Virus record (IMG/VR): IMGVR_UViG_3300036901_000031
Coordinates: 1-56,536 of that record
Direction: 5' to 3' (one strand)
DNA length: 56,536 bases
From: a virus
Taxonomy: Duplodnaviria > Caudoviricetes
The notes beneath the pieces were generated by a model. That model searched no databases, was not told the DNA's origin, and saw only the letters and a program-made list of their open reading frames with translations. Both the position numbers and the translations under genes were made by a program. Below are positions 48,101 through 56,044 of this stretch, in pieces (the stretch's first letter is position 1; each line of letters opens with the position of its first letter).

Positions 48101-48502
48101 TGGATCTGGTCGGACTTGAACCGACGTTCTCGATACGCTTACTAGGTTACTTATATCAGCTTAGGGGCAGGCTTTAACCCGCCTCCACCAAAGAGTTTAT
48201 ACGATACTCATAAACGGCCCCGCTACCAATCTAGCTTTTATTCTGGTCATTCTAGACGTGCTAGACAACGCTAGAAGACCGACTCTTATTCTGGTTCCAG
48301 GTCAGAGTTGACCCATGCATTGATTTCTATATCAAGGCTAGGAGTGAATCACCAGCGGTGATACCCTCGGGACGAGTCCCGAAAAGGCTTGCTGGAATGT
48401 TCACGAGTGAATCGTCGTCAGTTATTGACTTGTTTGGTTTAAGGTGACCAACCGCTGAATAACACTAATCGCTTCTTATCGAGTCGAATGCCTGTCAGAC
48501 CC
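48101..48502 (-). ncRNA. ssrA: tmRNA
   Basis: 5' GGGTCTGACAGGCATTCGAC; 3' GTCGGTTCAAGTCCGACCAGATCCA with G3:U70; ATAACTG resume context; tag ORF 48327..48419. Confidence 0.9.
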
Positions 48503-48506
48503 GTAT

Positions 48507-48586
48507 CGATGGACTAGGATTTCCGGCGATCTGCCGTTACCTAGACTTGATTCCCTTTCGGGCTGTCTCTATTTGGACTACCCATC
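48507..48586 (-). ncRNA. tRNA-like RNA with hairpin inserted in the T loop
   Basis: GATGG..CCATC ends, D-like TAGTCCAAATAGAGAC, CTAGGT-AA-CGGC AGATC GCCG-GAAAT-CCTAG. Confidence 0.4.
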
Positions 48587-48588
48587 TA

Positions 48589-48660
48589 TGCCCAATGTTG
48601 GAATCGAACCAACTACTTTCACGTTGTCACCGTGACACTCTCCCAGTGAGTTAATCGGGC
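48589..48660 (-). tRNA. tRNA-Val(GAC)
   Basis: TCACG-GTGACAA-CGTGA. Confidence 0.88.
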
Positions 48661-48692
48661 GGGCATACTAAGCTGTCAGTCATTCTGCCAAG

Positions 48693-48766
48693 TACTCAAT
48701 CTCGGATTCGAACCGAGGATCTTCTGCGTGTAAAACAGACGCTTTCGGCCTCTAAGCTAATCGAGT
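48693..48766 (-). tRNA. tRNA-Val(TAC)
   Basis: TCTGT-TTTACAC-GCAGA. Confidence 0.88.
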
Positions 48767-48783
48767 AGGTCCCCTCAGCCGAT

Positions 48784-49383
48784 TTATTGGCTGCCGTTAC
48801 GGACAAGGGGAGGAATTTTGACACTGTAGTATTGCGCCAAATCTGCTGGCGCTATTGAATCTGGAAGCCGATTGAAGTAGGCTCCCATGCGTTCCATAGC
48901 TCTGGCAACCAGAGCCGAGCACATAATCTGTCCTTGAAATCCAAAGTTTAGTTTGTTGCCGGTTAGGTAGCCGACAAAGACACAGAAGTCGTTGAGGTAA
49001 CCATACTTCTCACCCACAACTCTGTCGGCGTAGTAAATGATCTGTGTCTGATCCAGAGGAGCGGCATGAGTACTTACTAGCGTGTACTCCACGTTCTTAT
49101 ACTTGCTGATGTGAGAACGAGTTGCCCCGGTTCTGGTTAGGGCCTCTACAAGGTCACCCTGATCAGAGACAATCAAAGCCGCATGATTCCAAAAGGTATA
49201 GGCCCTCTTGTCGCCACGGAAACGTATTCCTTGGCACCAGCGGATTGCTGCCCCAATCCATCTACCATGATGGGTAAGGATAAAATCCCCAACCCTGTAC
49301 TTGGGAGCCTCGACACCGGCTGGATATGACTTTGATGTTTCCATGCTTTTTACGTAATAGAACCAGAGAGAATCTGCGTTCAC
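48784..49383 (-). CDS. permuted papain-like amidase (YiiX/YaeF, C92-like)
   Basis: GDFIL, WNHAALI, VGEKYG, IMCSALVA, IAPADL; start uncertain. Confidence 0.75.
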   Translation of the reverse strand: MNADSLWFYYVKSMETSKSYPAGVEAPKYRVGDFILTHHGRWIGAAIRWCQGIRFRGDKRAYTFWNHAALIVSDQGDLVEALTRTGATRSHISKYKNVEYTLVSTHAAPLDQTQIIYYADRVVGEKYGYLNDFCVFVGYLTGNKLNFGFQGQIMCSALVARAMERMGAYFNRLPDSIAPADLAQYYSVKIPPLVRNGSQ

Positions 49384-49540
49384 ATCATCTGGAATCGGGC
49401 CTATCCCTCACGCTGCGCAAGGTGAGGGGGACCGCCAGATGGCTGACTGTCATTCGGGGACTAGATCTTTGGTCCCTGTTTCTCTGGGTAAGATCCGGCC
49501 CTTACTAGGTTGACCAGGTGACCAACCGTTCGGGGCGAAG

Positions 49541-49614
49541 CGAAGTTGAGGGGATTCGAACCCCCGATCTCTACCGTGACAGGGTAGCGCTTTAAGCCAC
49601 TAAGCTACAACTCC
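49541..49614 (-). tRNA. tRNA-Asp(GTC)
   Basis: CTACC-CTGTCAC-GGTAG. Confidence 0.92.
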
Positions 49615-49740
49615 AGAAGCCCCGATGCCGTCTGTCGGCTGCTTGATCACGCTCCCTCAGGGCTTGAGGAGCGACAGCACAGTGAGACAGTTCCTATAGC
49701 AGCATGTCCGGGCTGCGGTGGGGTTCTCTCCCACCCAGAA

Positions 49741-49817
49741 CAGGAGTACAAGGAGTCGAACCTTGCTGTTATTTCCAAGAGTTTTGGAGACTCTTCGCCG
49801 CCCAGCGGCACACTCCC
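49741..49817 (-). tRNA. tRNA-Trp(CCA)
   Basis: AGAGT-CTCCAAA-ACTCT; enlarged variable region, short D arm. Confidence 0.75.
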
Positions 49818-49976
49818 AATTATGGATCACAAGGGCCGTAGGAACCACCCGCATCCATCTTAGTAGGGGCTACCTACCAACACTTTCCAACAAAATAGGC
49901 TCGCACGGGGGATCTCGACCATTCCTCTGGCTCCCCAGCCGGGGTTTGGTTTTTACGAGTAAGCAATGTCCGCCTA

Positions 49977-50048
49977 AGCCAATATTCGGAATCGAACCGA
50001 ATCCTCACCCTTACGAGGGGCGCACACCACCATTTGTGTTTTACTGGC
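49977..50048 (-). tRNA. tRNA-Thr(CGT)
   Basis: CGCCC-CTCGTAA-GGGTG. Confidence 0.85.
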
Positions 50049-50062
50049 GCTACTTAGGTTTA

Positions 50063-50133
50063 ATCCCTCATCGAGAATCGAACTCGAACGGCATCCTTAC
50101 CACGGATGCAGGCTACCATTACATCATAAGGGA
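50063..50133 (-). tRNA. tRNA-Thr(GGT)
   Basis: CATCC-GTGGTAA-GGATG. Confidence 0.82.
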
Positions 50134-50235
50134 AAGACTGGGAGTTGCCCGGAGCTACCCGATGTGGCCGCTTAAGCTTATAGCGGCTCTCAACTCCCTA
50201 TTTTGATCAACCTCCTTAACTAGGGGCCAATAAAG

Positions 50236-50307
50236 TCCGGGTGCGGAGGGTCGAACTCCGGCTTCCTCGTTCCAAGCGAGGGGTGCATCCGCCAACACTT
50301 CACCCAG
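50236..50307 (-). tRNA. tRNA-Pro(TGG)
   Basis: CCTCG-CTTGGAA-CGAGG. Confidence 0.82.
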
Positions 50308-50358
50308 GAAATCAAGACGGGGGAACCCCTATGAGGGCCGGATGTACATTCCGTCTAA

Positions 50359-50432
50359 TCAGGATAGGAGGATTTGAACCTCCGACAACTCGCTTCCAAG
50401 GCGAGGACTCTACCAGACTGAGCTATACCCTG
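50359..50432 (-). tRNA. tRNA-Pro(TGG)
   Basis: CTCGC-CTTGGAA-GCGAG. Confidence 0.9.
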
Positions 50433-50579
50433 TAGAGCGGCGAGAGGCTTTGACACCCAACACCGCAAGTCTATTCGGTACCGGCTCTGCCGCCTCTGCG
50501 GTGATCACCAGTAGGCAGACGGGTCATGACTCCCGCTCCCTCTTACGTCTAGCTAGGTCCGTAAGTCCGAAAAGTTACA

Positions 50580-50651
50580 TGGAGAATAGGGGAGTCGAAC
50601 CCCTAATTCCTGCGTGCAAAGCAGGTGTGTTCCCATTAGCACTAATTCCCC
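50580..50651 (-). tRNA. tRNA-Ala(TGC)
   Basis: CCTGC-TTTGCAC-GCAGG; G3:U70. Confidence 0.9.
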
Positions 50652-50783
50652 GTGACCCAGAAGTGATTGGCCCCTCTGGGTTTACTATCATATTTACCGG
50701 TACGTTCACCAACCGAACGATAGAGCAGGGCTAGACCCCTCTATGATGAAGAACCTTTCTAGCAAGGCTTGTTGGTCCAACAG

Positions 50784-50857
50784 TGCCTCTCCTGGGATTC
50801 GAACCCAGACTGATACGCTTCTAAGGCGTAGTCCTCTACCAATTGGGATAGAGAGGC
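50784..50857 (-). tRNA. tRNA-Leu(TAG), short variable loop
   Basis: TACGC-CTTAGAA-GCGTA. Confidence 0.85.
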
Positions 50858-51035
50858 AAATTGTCGATCACGGCATTCTGTGCCTATCGACCCTCCTATA
50901 CGCCGATTGCTTCTCGTCGTATAGAAGCCGCTGCGATATATTAGGAAACTACTCTGTACTTGGAAACCCGATCTTGGCCGGGACTTTTATGTTTCATAGT
51001 ATCATGACAGCGCTTCTGACCACCGCTGAGGTGGA

Positions 51036-51117
51036 TGCGACCAAAGGGACTCGAACCCTTATATCCGAAGACACACGCCTCTCAAACGTGCCTGTATACC
51101 AATTCCAGCATGGTCGC
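51036..51117 (-). tRNA. tRNA-Leu(GAG)
   Basis: CACGT-TTGAGAG-GCGTG; long variable arm. Confidence 0.88.
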
Positions 51118-51194
51118 GTCATTCGGGATTTGAGAGTCTAAATCTTCATTTCCCTAAACGAGTATCAAAGTTATCGCTCGTTCTAATCGATTAG

Positions 51195-51269
51195 TGGACC
51201 AGATGGGATTCGAACCCACATCCTCCTGAGTGCAAAACAGGCGCTCTACCAATTAGGAGCTACAAGCCC
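51195..51269 (-). tRNA. tRNA-Ala(TGC)
   Basis: Loop TTTGCAC; G3:U70. Confidence 0.85.
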
Positions 51270-51420
51270 AGACTACTCTTAGAGGGGATCGGTCTAAGAG
51301 GTACGGCTAGATTATATGTAACGGAAGATCCCAACCGCCGAAATGTCTGTTAAGTTCTTTTCGGACAAAGATAATCCCAACTTAACTGGGATTCTGATGA
51401 CCTTGCAAGTATCATCATAG

Positions 51421-51507
51421 TGCTGGCCGAGGGATTCGAACCCCCATGGATTGTTTTGCCCGCTCGGGTTACAGCCGAGTGCAGCTAACCGTATCTGCGT
51501 GACCAGC
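51421..51507 (-). tRNA. tRNA-Tyr(GTA)
   Basis: CTCGG-CTGTAAC-CCGAG; long variable arm. Confidence 0.85.
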
Positions 51508-51699
51508 ATGATATAGATGACCGGGCGCATAACCCAGTAAGTTCCTTTTCCGTGTCACAGGCCGATATGTGGTGCCTGCCAGATTGACGGTAAAGTCATC
51601 GCCGTCCAGGAGCTTATTGGGCCTTACGGTCATTTCTGCCGTGCCTGGTTGGGCTGCGGATTGGCTACCGCCTGGTTCATCTATGTTTGCTACAAGACA

Positions 51700-51729
51700 A
51701 GTCTACCACACTTCTGGTTTTCCTGTCAA
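51700..51729 (-). promoter_or_regulatory. sigma70/SigA-type promoter inside the tRNA island
   Basis: TTGACA-18nt-TAGACT with TG extension. Confidence 0.7.
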
Positions 51730-51730
51730 G

Positions 51731-51799
51731 TGCCCCTGCTCGGAGTCGAACCGAGTAGCAGAGTTTAGAAGACTCCGCGCCAATTCCGTTGGCAAGGAC
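51731..51799 (-). tRNA. tRNA-Arg(TCT), short D arm
   Basis: GGAGT-CTTCTAA-ACTCT. Confidence 0.8.
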
Positions 51800-51864
51800 T
51801 GGTTGGTGGTTTATATTTGACGGCCCTTCCATACCGCTTGCTGATTGTATCACACCTTGTATTT

Positions 51865-51900
51865 CAAAAACAAGACCCCGGAAATCTTTCCGAGGCCCCT
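51865..51900 (-). terminator. terminator/attenuator hairpin ahead of the tRNA array
   Basis: GGGGCCTCGGAAA-GA-TTTCCGGGGTCTT followed by GTTTTT. Confidence 0.65.
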
Positions 51901-51927
51901 GGTCCTATCTTATGTAGGCCAAGGGAT

Positions 51928-51990
51928 TTAGATGGTGCTTCCACCTCTTGCAAATTGATTATACGTCGGGTTTAAAATCAGTTCTTTCAT
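51928..51990 (-). CDS. putative leader peptide (20 aa)
   Basis: MKELILNPTYNQFARGGSTI* between the promoter and the terminator. Confidence 0.45.
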   Translation of the reverse strand: MKELILNPTYNQFARGGSTI

Positions 51991-52004
51991 GTCCATCTAT
52001 TATC

Positions 52005-52034
52005 ATTATAGCATACTCTATTTTGTAGTGTCAA
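52005..52034 (-). promoter_or_regulatory. consensus sigma70/SigA promoter heading the tRNA island
   Basis: TTGACA-18nt-TATAAT with TG extension. Confidence 0.85.
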
Positions 52035-52049
52035 CTAGAAAGTTTTAAT

Positions 52050-52595
52050 CTAAGGGGCTGGCACTTCGAATGTCCATCCGTTGGCAGGTGCATTGACCTT
52101 CAACCAATGGCGTTCATACCGGGTCAAATGACGACGACCGAGATAATAAGCTGCGCAGAGTGGTTGCTGTCTTTGCTTGATCCAATTCGTGTTCATCATG
52201 TCCGGGCCGGTATCATCCGGCCATCCGAGTGAGTGACCATCCTCATGCGTAATCGTAGCACACAAGAAATATTCACCATCAAGACCCGGATAAGTCCATA
52301 GATCTGGAGAAATATCGATATCGCACGAAGAGGGAACAGTCTCGGCCCAAATATCTGAAGGGGGAAGAATGGTCCCGTCCCCAGCTAGGGCCGGGAGCAT
52401 CACTTGTTCTGTGATAACGAGAGAACCACAAGTCGGGACAGAAGGAATATATCCGCTCTGTTGCCAGTACTCGTTAGCCAGCGATACATCAATAGCCAAC
52501 TGGGAGGGCAGCGGATCGGCCTTGACTCCGACGCACCAGAGATTGAAAGTTATCAGTGTCAGCCCACAGAGGACCCACATTAGACGCTCTCTCAT
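52050..52595 (-). CDS. secreted/membrane zinc metalloprotease-like protein
   Basis: N-terminal hydrophobic signal; HEDGHSLG (HExxHxxG) and Met-turn-like DMM. Confidence 0.6.
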   Translation of the reverse strand: MRERLMWVLCGLTLITFNLWCVGVKADPLPSQLAIDVSLANEYWQQSGYIPSVPTCGSLVITEQVMLPALAGDGTILPPSDIWAETVPSSCDIDISPDLWTYPGLDGEYFLCATITHEDGHSLGWPDDTGPDMMNTNWIKQRQQPLCAAYYLGRRHLTRYERHWLKVNAPANGWTFEVPAP

Positions 52596-52843
52596 GACCA
52601 ATCCTCCATCGCCATCTCTTCCTCTCGACGCATCTCAAGGAACAGGGCATCAAGATCAATTTCTGGTTCGTCGGTCCAAGATTCTGCATAGACGAAGCGG
52701 CCTTGAAGATCATTGCCATCAAGACCGTTCCACCTAGAGAGGGGTCCACACACCTTCTCAATAGCTACGCGGGGATTAAGAGCCGTGACGATTCCAACTT
52801 CTACGTCATCGGCGTACACGCTATATGTCTCAGGAGCACTCAT
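52592..52843 (-). CDS. hypothetical protein
   Basis: ATGA overlaps. Confidence 0.55.
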   Translation of the reverse strand: MSAPETYSVYADDVEVGIVTALNPRVAIEKVCGPLSRWNGLDGNDLQGRFVYAESWTDEPEIDLDALFLEMRREEEMAMEDWS

Positions 52844-53139
52844 CGACCAATGCCCCTACTCTCATAATAATCCATGCGCTCTTCGAAATCGGGAAAAGCT
52901 TGAACCTCACGAGCGGCCTCAACATCATCGTAAGGGCGATCCGTCGTGTAGTTATCAAGCGTAGTAAGTGTTGCGGGGTCGTACATGCGAACGAAGTACA
53001 TGTTGGCCGGTTCGTCAGGCTCAGGGTTAGCCGTGATCTCGAAAGCGAAATCGGCTGGGAATTGAGCCTCATAACGAGCCTCCATCATGGGGATTCCTGC
53101 TGCGACCAGTTCATTGAAGCGAATCTCAGTGGTTGTCAT
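52840..53139 (-). CDS. hypothetical acidic protein
   Basis: Preceded by TGCTATACT extended -10; probably leaderless. Confidence 0.55.
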   Translation of the reverse strand: MTTTEIRFNELVAAGIPMMEARYEAQFPADFAFEITANPEPDEPANMYFVRMYDPATLTTLDNYTTDRPYDDVEAAREVQAFPDFEERMDYYESRGIGR

Positions 53140-53177
53140 GACTTAAGTATAGCATATGTTAGGACGAATTACCACAT

Positions 53178-53435
53178 CTAACGGTTGAGATCGGCACGGA
53201 TGAGATTCTGAGCTTGTATGCGGGCAGGCGTGAAGCCCTTCTCTCCATAGGCCAGTTCGTGAACGACTCGCTCAATCGCTTCGTCGCTCAGTAGCTCGTC
53301 TACCCGGACAACCTCAACCTCATCGACCGGCGAATCGCAGAGGCGACAGTTCAGCCCAGCGAGAGTCGTCAACGATAGGGCCGAGTCCGAGCAGTGTTTC
53401 TCTGGTCCTTGACAGATGTAGACCTTGAAGATCAT
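53178..53435 (-). CDS. hypothetical protein
   Basis: Cys motifs; ATGA overlap. Confidence 0.5.
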   Translation of the reverse strand: MIFKVYICQGPEKHCSDSALSLTTLAGLNCRLCDSPVDEVEVVRVDELLSDEAIERVVHELAYGEKGFTPARIQAQNLIRADLNR

Positions 53436-53869
53436 CGCCGGACGAACACGCTGATCGTTCGGATGCGGTCAATGGTCATATCCTGATCTGGGTGCGGGTC
53501 GTGAACGATCTCGCCTCCGTGCATCACGACCGCATGATCGACACCGCGTGCTGATTCGCCGCCGCCGACGTAGTACGCGACCGGCGGATAGGGCCACATG
53601 AAGTTCGCTGGCGAAGTCGTGCCGTCCTGATGGTGGGTGATGCCCCGGCGTAGATCGTTCGTCAGTGCATCGAGTGACCATTCCACAAGGCCGCGTTCTT
53701 TCAGCCACTCGTTGAGAATGTTGTGCTGGTTGTCGAGGTCGGTGGTGTCCGGCGCGTCTTCCCAGTCGATCTCGAAGACGCTGGCGATGCAGGCCCGCAG
53801 GCAGTCGCTCTTTTCTCGCTGCATAATGGGCTTCATCTCTCTGGTCCTTGACAGATGTAGACCTTGAAG
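53399..53869. repeat. 32-bp direct repeat flanking gene 53432..53836
   Basis: tctctggtccttgacagatgtagaccttgaag at 53399-53430 and 53838-53869. Confidence 0.9.
53432..53836 (-). CDS. peptidase C39-like protein
   Basis: Q...DCLRACIAS...HAVV...HDP (Cys-His-Asp). Confidence 0.6.
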   Translation of the reverse strand: MKPIMQREKSDCLRACIASVFEIDWEDAPDTTDLDNQHNILNEWLKERGLVEWSLDALTNDLRRGITHHQDGTTSPANFMWPYPPVAYYVGGGESARGVDHAVVMHGGEIVHDPHPDQDMTIDRIRTISVFVRR

Positions 53870-53881
53870 GAGATCGGAGAC

Positions 53882-54115
53882 TCAGGCATCGGCATGTGCT
53901 CGGTCGATTTCTTCAGGGTCGAGCCGGAGCCGGAAGTGCTCCAGCACGGCGAGCGGCTTGTAGTCGTGCCATGCATCCGCCCACGGTGCCTCATCGCTCG
54001 ACGCCTTCCACTGTGCGCCGTGCTCGTGGTCTAGAACAATCTCGCAACACAGCCCAAGCGATCCCAAGAACTCCTGATTGCTCTCTTTGATTTCGATGCG
54101 GCCAATCTCGCTCAT
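53882..54115 (-). CDS. hypothetical protein (cassette gene)
   Basis: Start MSE within the junction repeat. Confidence 0.55.
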   Translation of the reverse strand: MSEIGRIEIKESNQEFLGSLGLCCEIVLDHEHGAQWKASSDEAPWADAWHDYKPLAVLEHFRLRLDPEEIDRAHADA

Positions 54116-54384
54116 GTCTTCTCCGGCCGCCAGACCACAATGACTTCCTCGAAGCTGCCCCGGTAGATCGTCCGCTCAGTTGGCCCTGGCTCGCGCCCGT
54201 CACAGACACGCAGACACACCACCTCGGCGTCTTCACCGAACCATCCGAGGGCACCCACAACTCGCTCAGGGCCGAAGCGCGAATCGAACAGGCACCACCA
54301 CCCGTTCTCGACCTCGTGGACCGGCACAATCGGGATCAACGGCAGTGTTGTTACGGCCATTTCTTTCTCCCTTGGTTCGCTCAT
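54112..54384 (-). CDS. hypothetical protein ending WRPEKT
   Basis: Start MSEPREK in the repeat. Confidence 0.55.
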   Translation of the reverse strand: MSEPREKEMAVTTLPLIPIVPVHEVENGWWCLFDSRFGPERVVGALGWFGEDAEVVCLRVCDGREPGPTERTIYRGSFEEVIVVWRPEKT

Positions 54385-54548
54385 GTCTTCTCCGGCCATC
54401 GCTTGCGATCCCAGATGATCGACGGTTGGATGACGATGCGGTCGGGACTCGTCGAGTAGGTGTGCCGGTAGAACTGAATCTCCAGCCGCAGCCTACCTAG
54501 CCGCCACTTCCAGAATCGGTGAACACTCCCATCAGCCTGTCCGCTCAT
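54381..54548 (-). CDS. hypothetical protein ending WPEKT
   Basis: Start MSGQADG in the repeat. Confidence 0.5.
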   Translation of the reverse strand: MSGQADGSVHRFWKWRLGRLRLEIQFYRHTYSTSPDRIVIQPSIIWDRKRWPEKT

Positions 54549-54949
54549 GTCTTCTCCGGCCAGTTGGCTAGTAGCTCCCGAGCACACTCATCGAGAGGGA
54601 CGTTCATCACTTCTTTTATGAGCCGCCAGCCGATATTGGCTTCGCGGAGTGTGATGCCCGAACACATGACGCCGCCGTCTGGATGCACCAACAACTCAAT
54701 AGCCAGCCCTTCGGCTCGGGCGCGTTCGATCACGGCCAAGACCGGAGATGGCTCGGCTGCGCGGCGCAGGGTTCTATCAGCAATCCATCCCTGGGCAGCG
54801 TGCCTCGCCTCCTCAACGCCTAGCAAGTAGCCTTCCCATTTATCGTCTGAACCCTTCAGACAGTCACGGTCCGGTGGTTGGCCGTGGGTCTGCTGCTCGA
54901 TGAAATCCGGCAACGTAGTTATGTCGATCGCTTCCTTTGGGTCGCTCAT
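54545..54949 (-). CDS. hypothetical protein ending LDECARELLANWPEKT
   Basis: Start MSDPKEA in the repeat. Confidence 0.55.
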   Translation of the reverse strand: MSDPKEAIDITTLPDFIEQQTHGQPPDRDCLKGSDDKWEGYLLGVEEARHAAQGWIADRTLRRAAEPSPVLAVIERARAEGLAIELLVHPDGGVMCSGITLREANIGWRLIKEVMNVPLDECARELLANWPEKT

Positions 54950-55320
54950 GTCTTCTCCGGCCAGTTGGCTAGTAGCTCCCGAGCACACTCATCGAGAGAG
55001 ACACCTGCCGAGCTAGCGATTCGATTGCGGCCTCGCCAGAGATTGATCCCGAACGTCCCGGCAGAACCACCGCTCATCGTCCAGTTGATGCGGTCTTCTC
55101 GGGCGCGTTCGATTACGGCCAAGACCGGGGAAGACTCGGCGGTCAGTTCTCCTTCGAGTTCTTCTCTAATCTGCTGATAGAGAGCCTGAGCGCTTGGATC
55201 GTTGCCGTCGAGGCCGGACTTGAGGATCGTCCAGGCGTCACCGAGTGAGACGACTCCGCGCAGGGCTTCCTCGATCGACTCGCGCCGGAACACAACGAAG
55301 TCGCTAGGTGGTTCGTTCAC
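54946..55320 (-). CDS. hypothetical protein, paralog of 54545..54949
   Basis: Shares SPVLAVIERAR and LDECARELLANWPEKT. Confidence 0.55.
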   Translation of the reverse strand: MNEPPSDFVVFRRESIEEALRGVVSLGDAWTILKSGLDGNDPSAQALYQQIREELEGELTAESSPVLAVIERAREDRINWTMSGGSAGTFGINLWRGRNRIASSAGVSLDECARELLANWPEKT

Positions 55321-55508
55321 GACACAACCCCCGACCCAAGACCGGATTCCTCGATCTGGGACTTAGCGAACATTCCGACAACGCCGTGCGGCAATGGGTC
55401 GCCGGAGCGCATCGCTGCGTGAACCTCCGCGACCATGTTGGCGCTCACACCCGAGTAGCCGAACTCTCGAAGGTTGCGAGCGATGGCTATGTAGATTAGC
55501 TTTCTCAT
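55317..55508 (-). CDS. hypothetical protein
   Basis: AAGGAGGAG SD upstream. Confidence 0.55.
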   Translation of the reverse strand: MRKLIYIAIARNLREFGYSGVSANMVAEVHAAMRSGDPLPHGVVGMFAKSQIEESGLGSGVVS

Positions 55509-55753
55509 TTCTCCTCCTTGGTTTTTTCCGGTCGATACAGAAGAAGCCCGCTACATCAATTCCTAGACGCTCAGCCACGTCGCGGTCCCAAACAATCCAG
55601 CGAAACCGAATCGGCAGGCAGGGGAACACACAGACAAAGACCGACCATCTACTGCACTTCCATCCACCGAGGCGTTCCCGCTTGACGTACGCGCCAAGCC
55701 ACAGGTCGCCCGGCACGACGCCGAACCGAACGCTCGGCATACTCACGCGCAGG

Positions 55754-56014
55754 TCAGGCATCCTCAACGAACCGATCGCCAACGAGCAGCCGAACCTCAT
55801 CGTCACCGTCGCCGCAAAGCGAGACGGGAACCTCCATCGAGACGGTGCCGTGGATCAAGTCCTCGGGGTGGCAGTTATCGACCCAGCCCTGCGCCCAGCA
55901 CTCGATGTCGCCTTGGATCGCGTCACGCGCCGGGACACAGCCAGCCTCCGGGTGCAGTAGTTCCATACTCACGTAGCCGTCTCGCACGGTGATCTTCAGG
56001 CGATGGTCGCTCAT
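55754..56014 (-). CDS. hypothetical protein
   Basis: GGAGAATG start context. Confidence 0.5.
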   Translation of the reverse strand: MSDHRLKITVRDGYVSMELLHPEAGCVPARDAIQGDIECWAQGWVDNCHPEDLIHGTVSMEVPVSLCGDGDDEVRLLVGDRFVEDA

Positions 56015-56044
56015 TCTCCTTCCCCTTCTCCTGTAACCGGAGGA

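Larger units (their letters stand above)
54109..54962. repeat. four identical 20-bp gene-junction repeats
   Basis: cgctcatgtcttctccggcc at 54109, 54378, 54542, 54943; the last two extend to about 55 bp of near identity. Confidence 0.92.

Noticed and set aside
37803-51799. Suppressor tRNA or stop-codon recoding
   Set aside because: No CTA, TTA or TCA anticodon was found, and long genes are intact under the standard code
44962-51820. Many plus-strand ORFs across the tRNA island (e.g. 45508..46065, 49718..50206, 50743..51141)
   Set aside because: Translations contain GIEP/GFEP-type strings typical of antisense tRNA T arms; not proteins
37800-51900. tRNA-associated theta/HDV-like or hammerhead ribozymes
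   Set aside because: No convincing core motifs were seen by eye next to tRNA 3' ends; a motif search is needed to exclude them fully
54109-54962. 20-bp repeats as a CRISPR array
   Set aside because: Spacing is 164-401 bp and irregular, the intervening DNA is whole genes, and no cas genes are present
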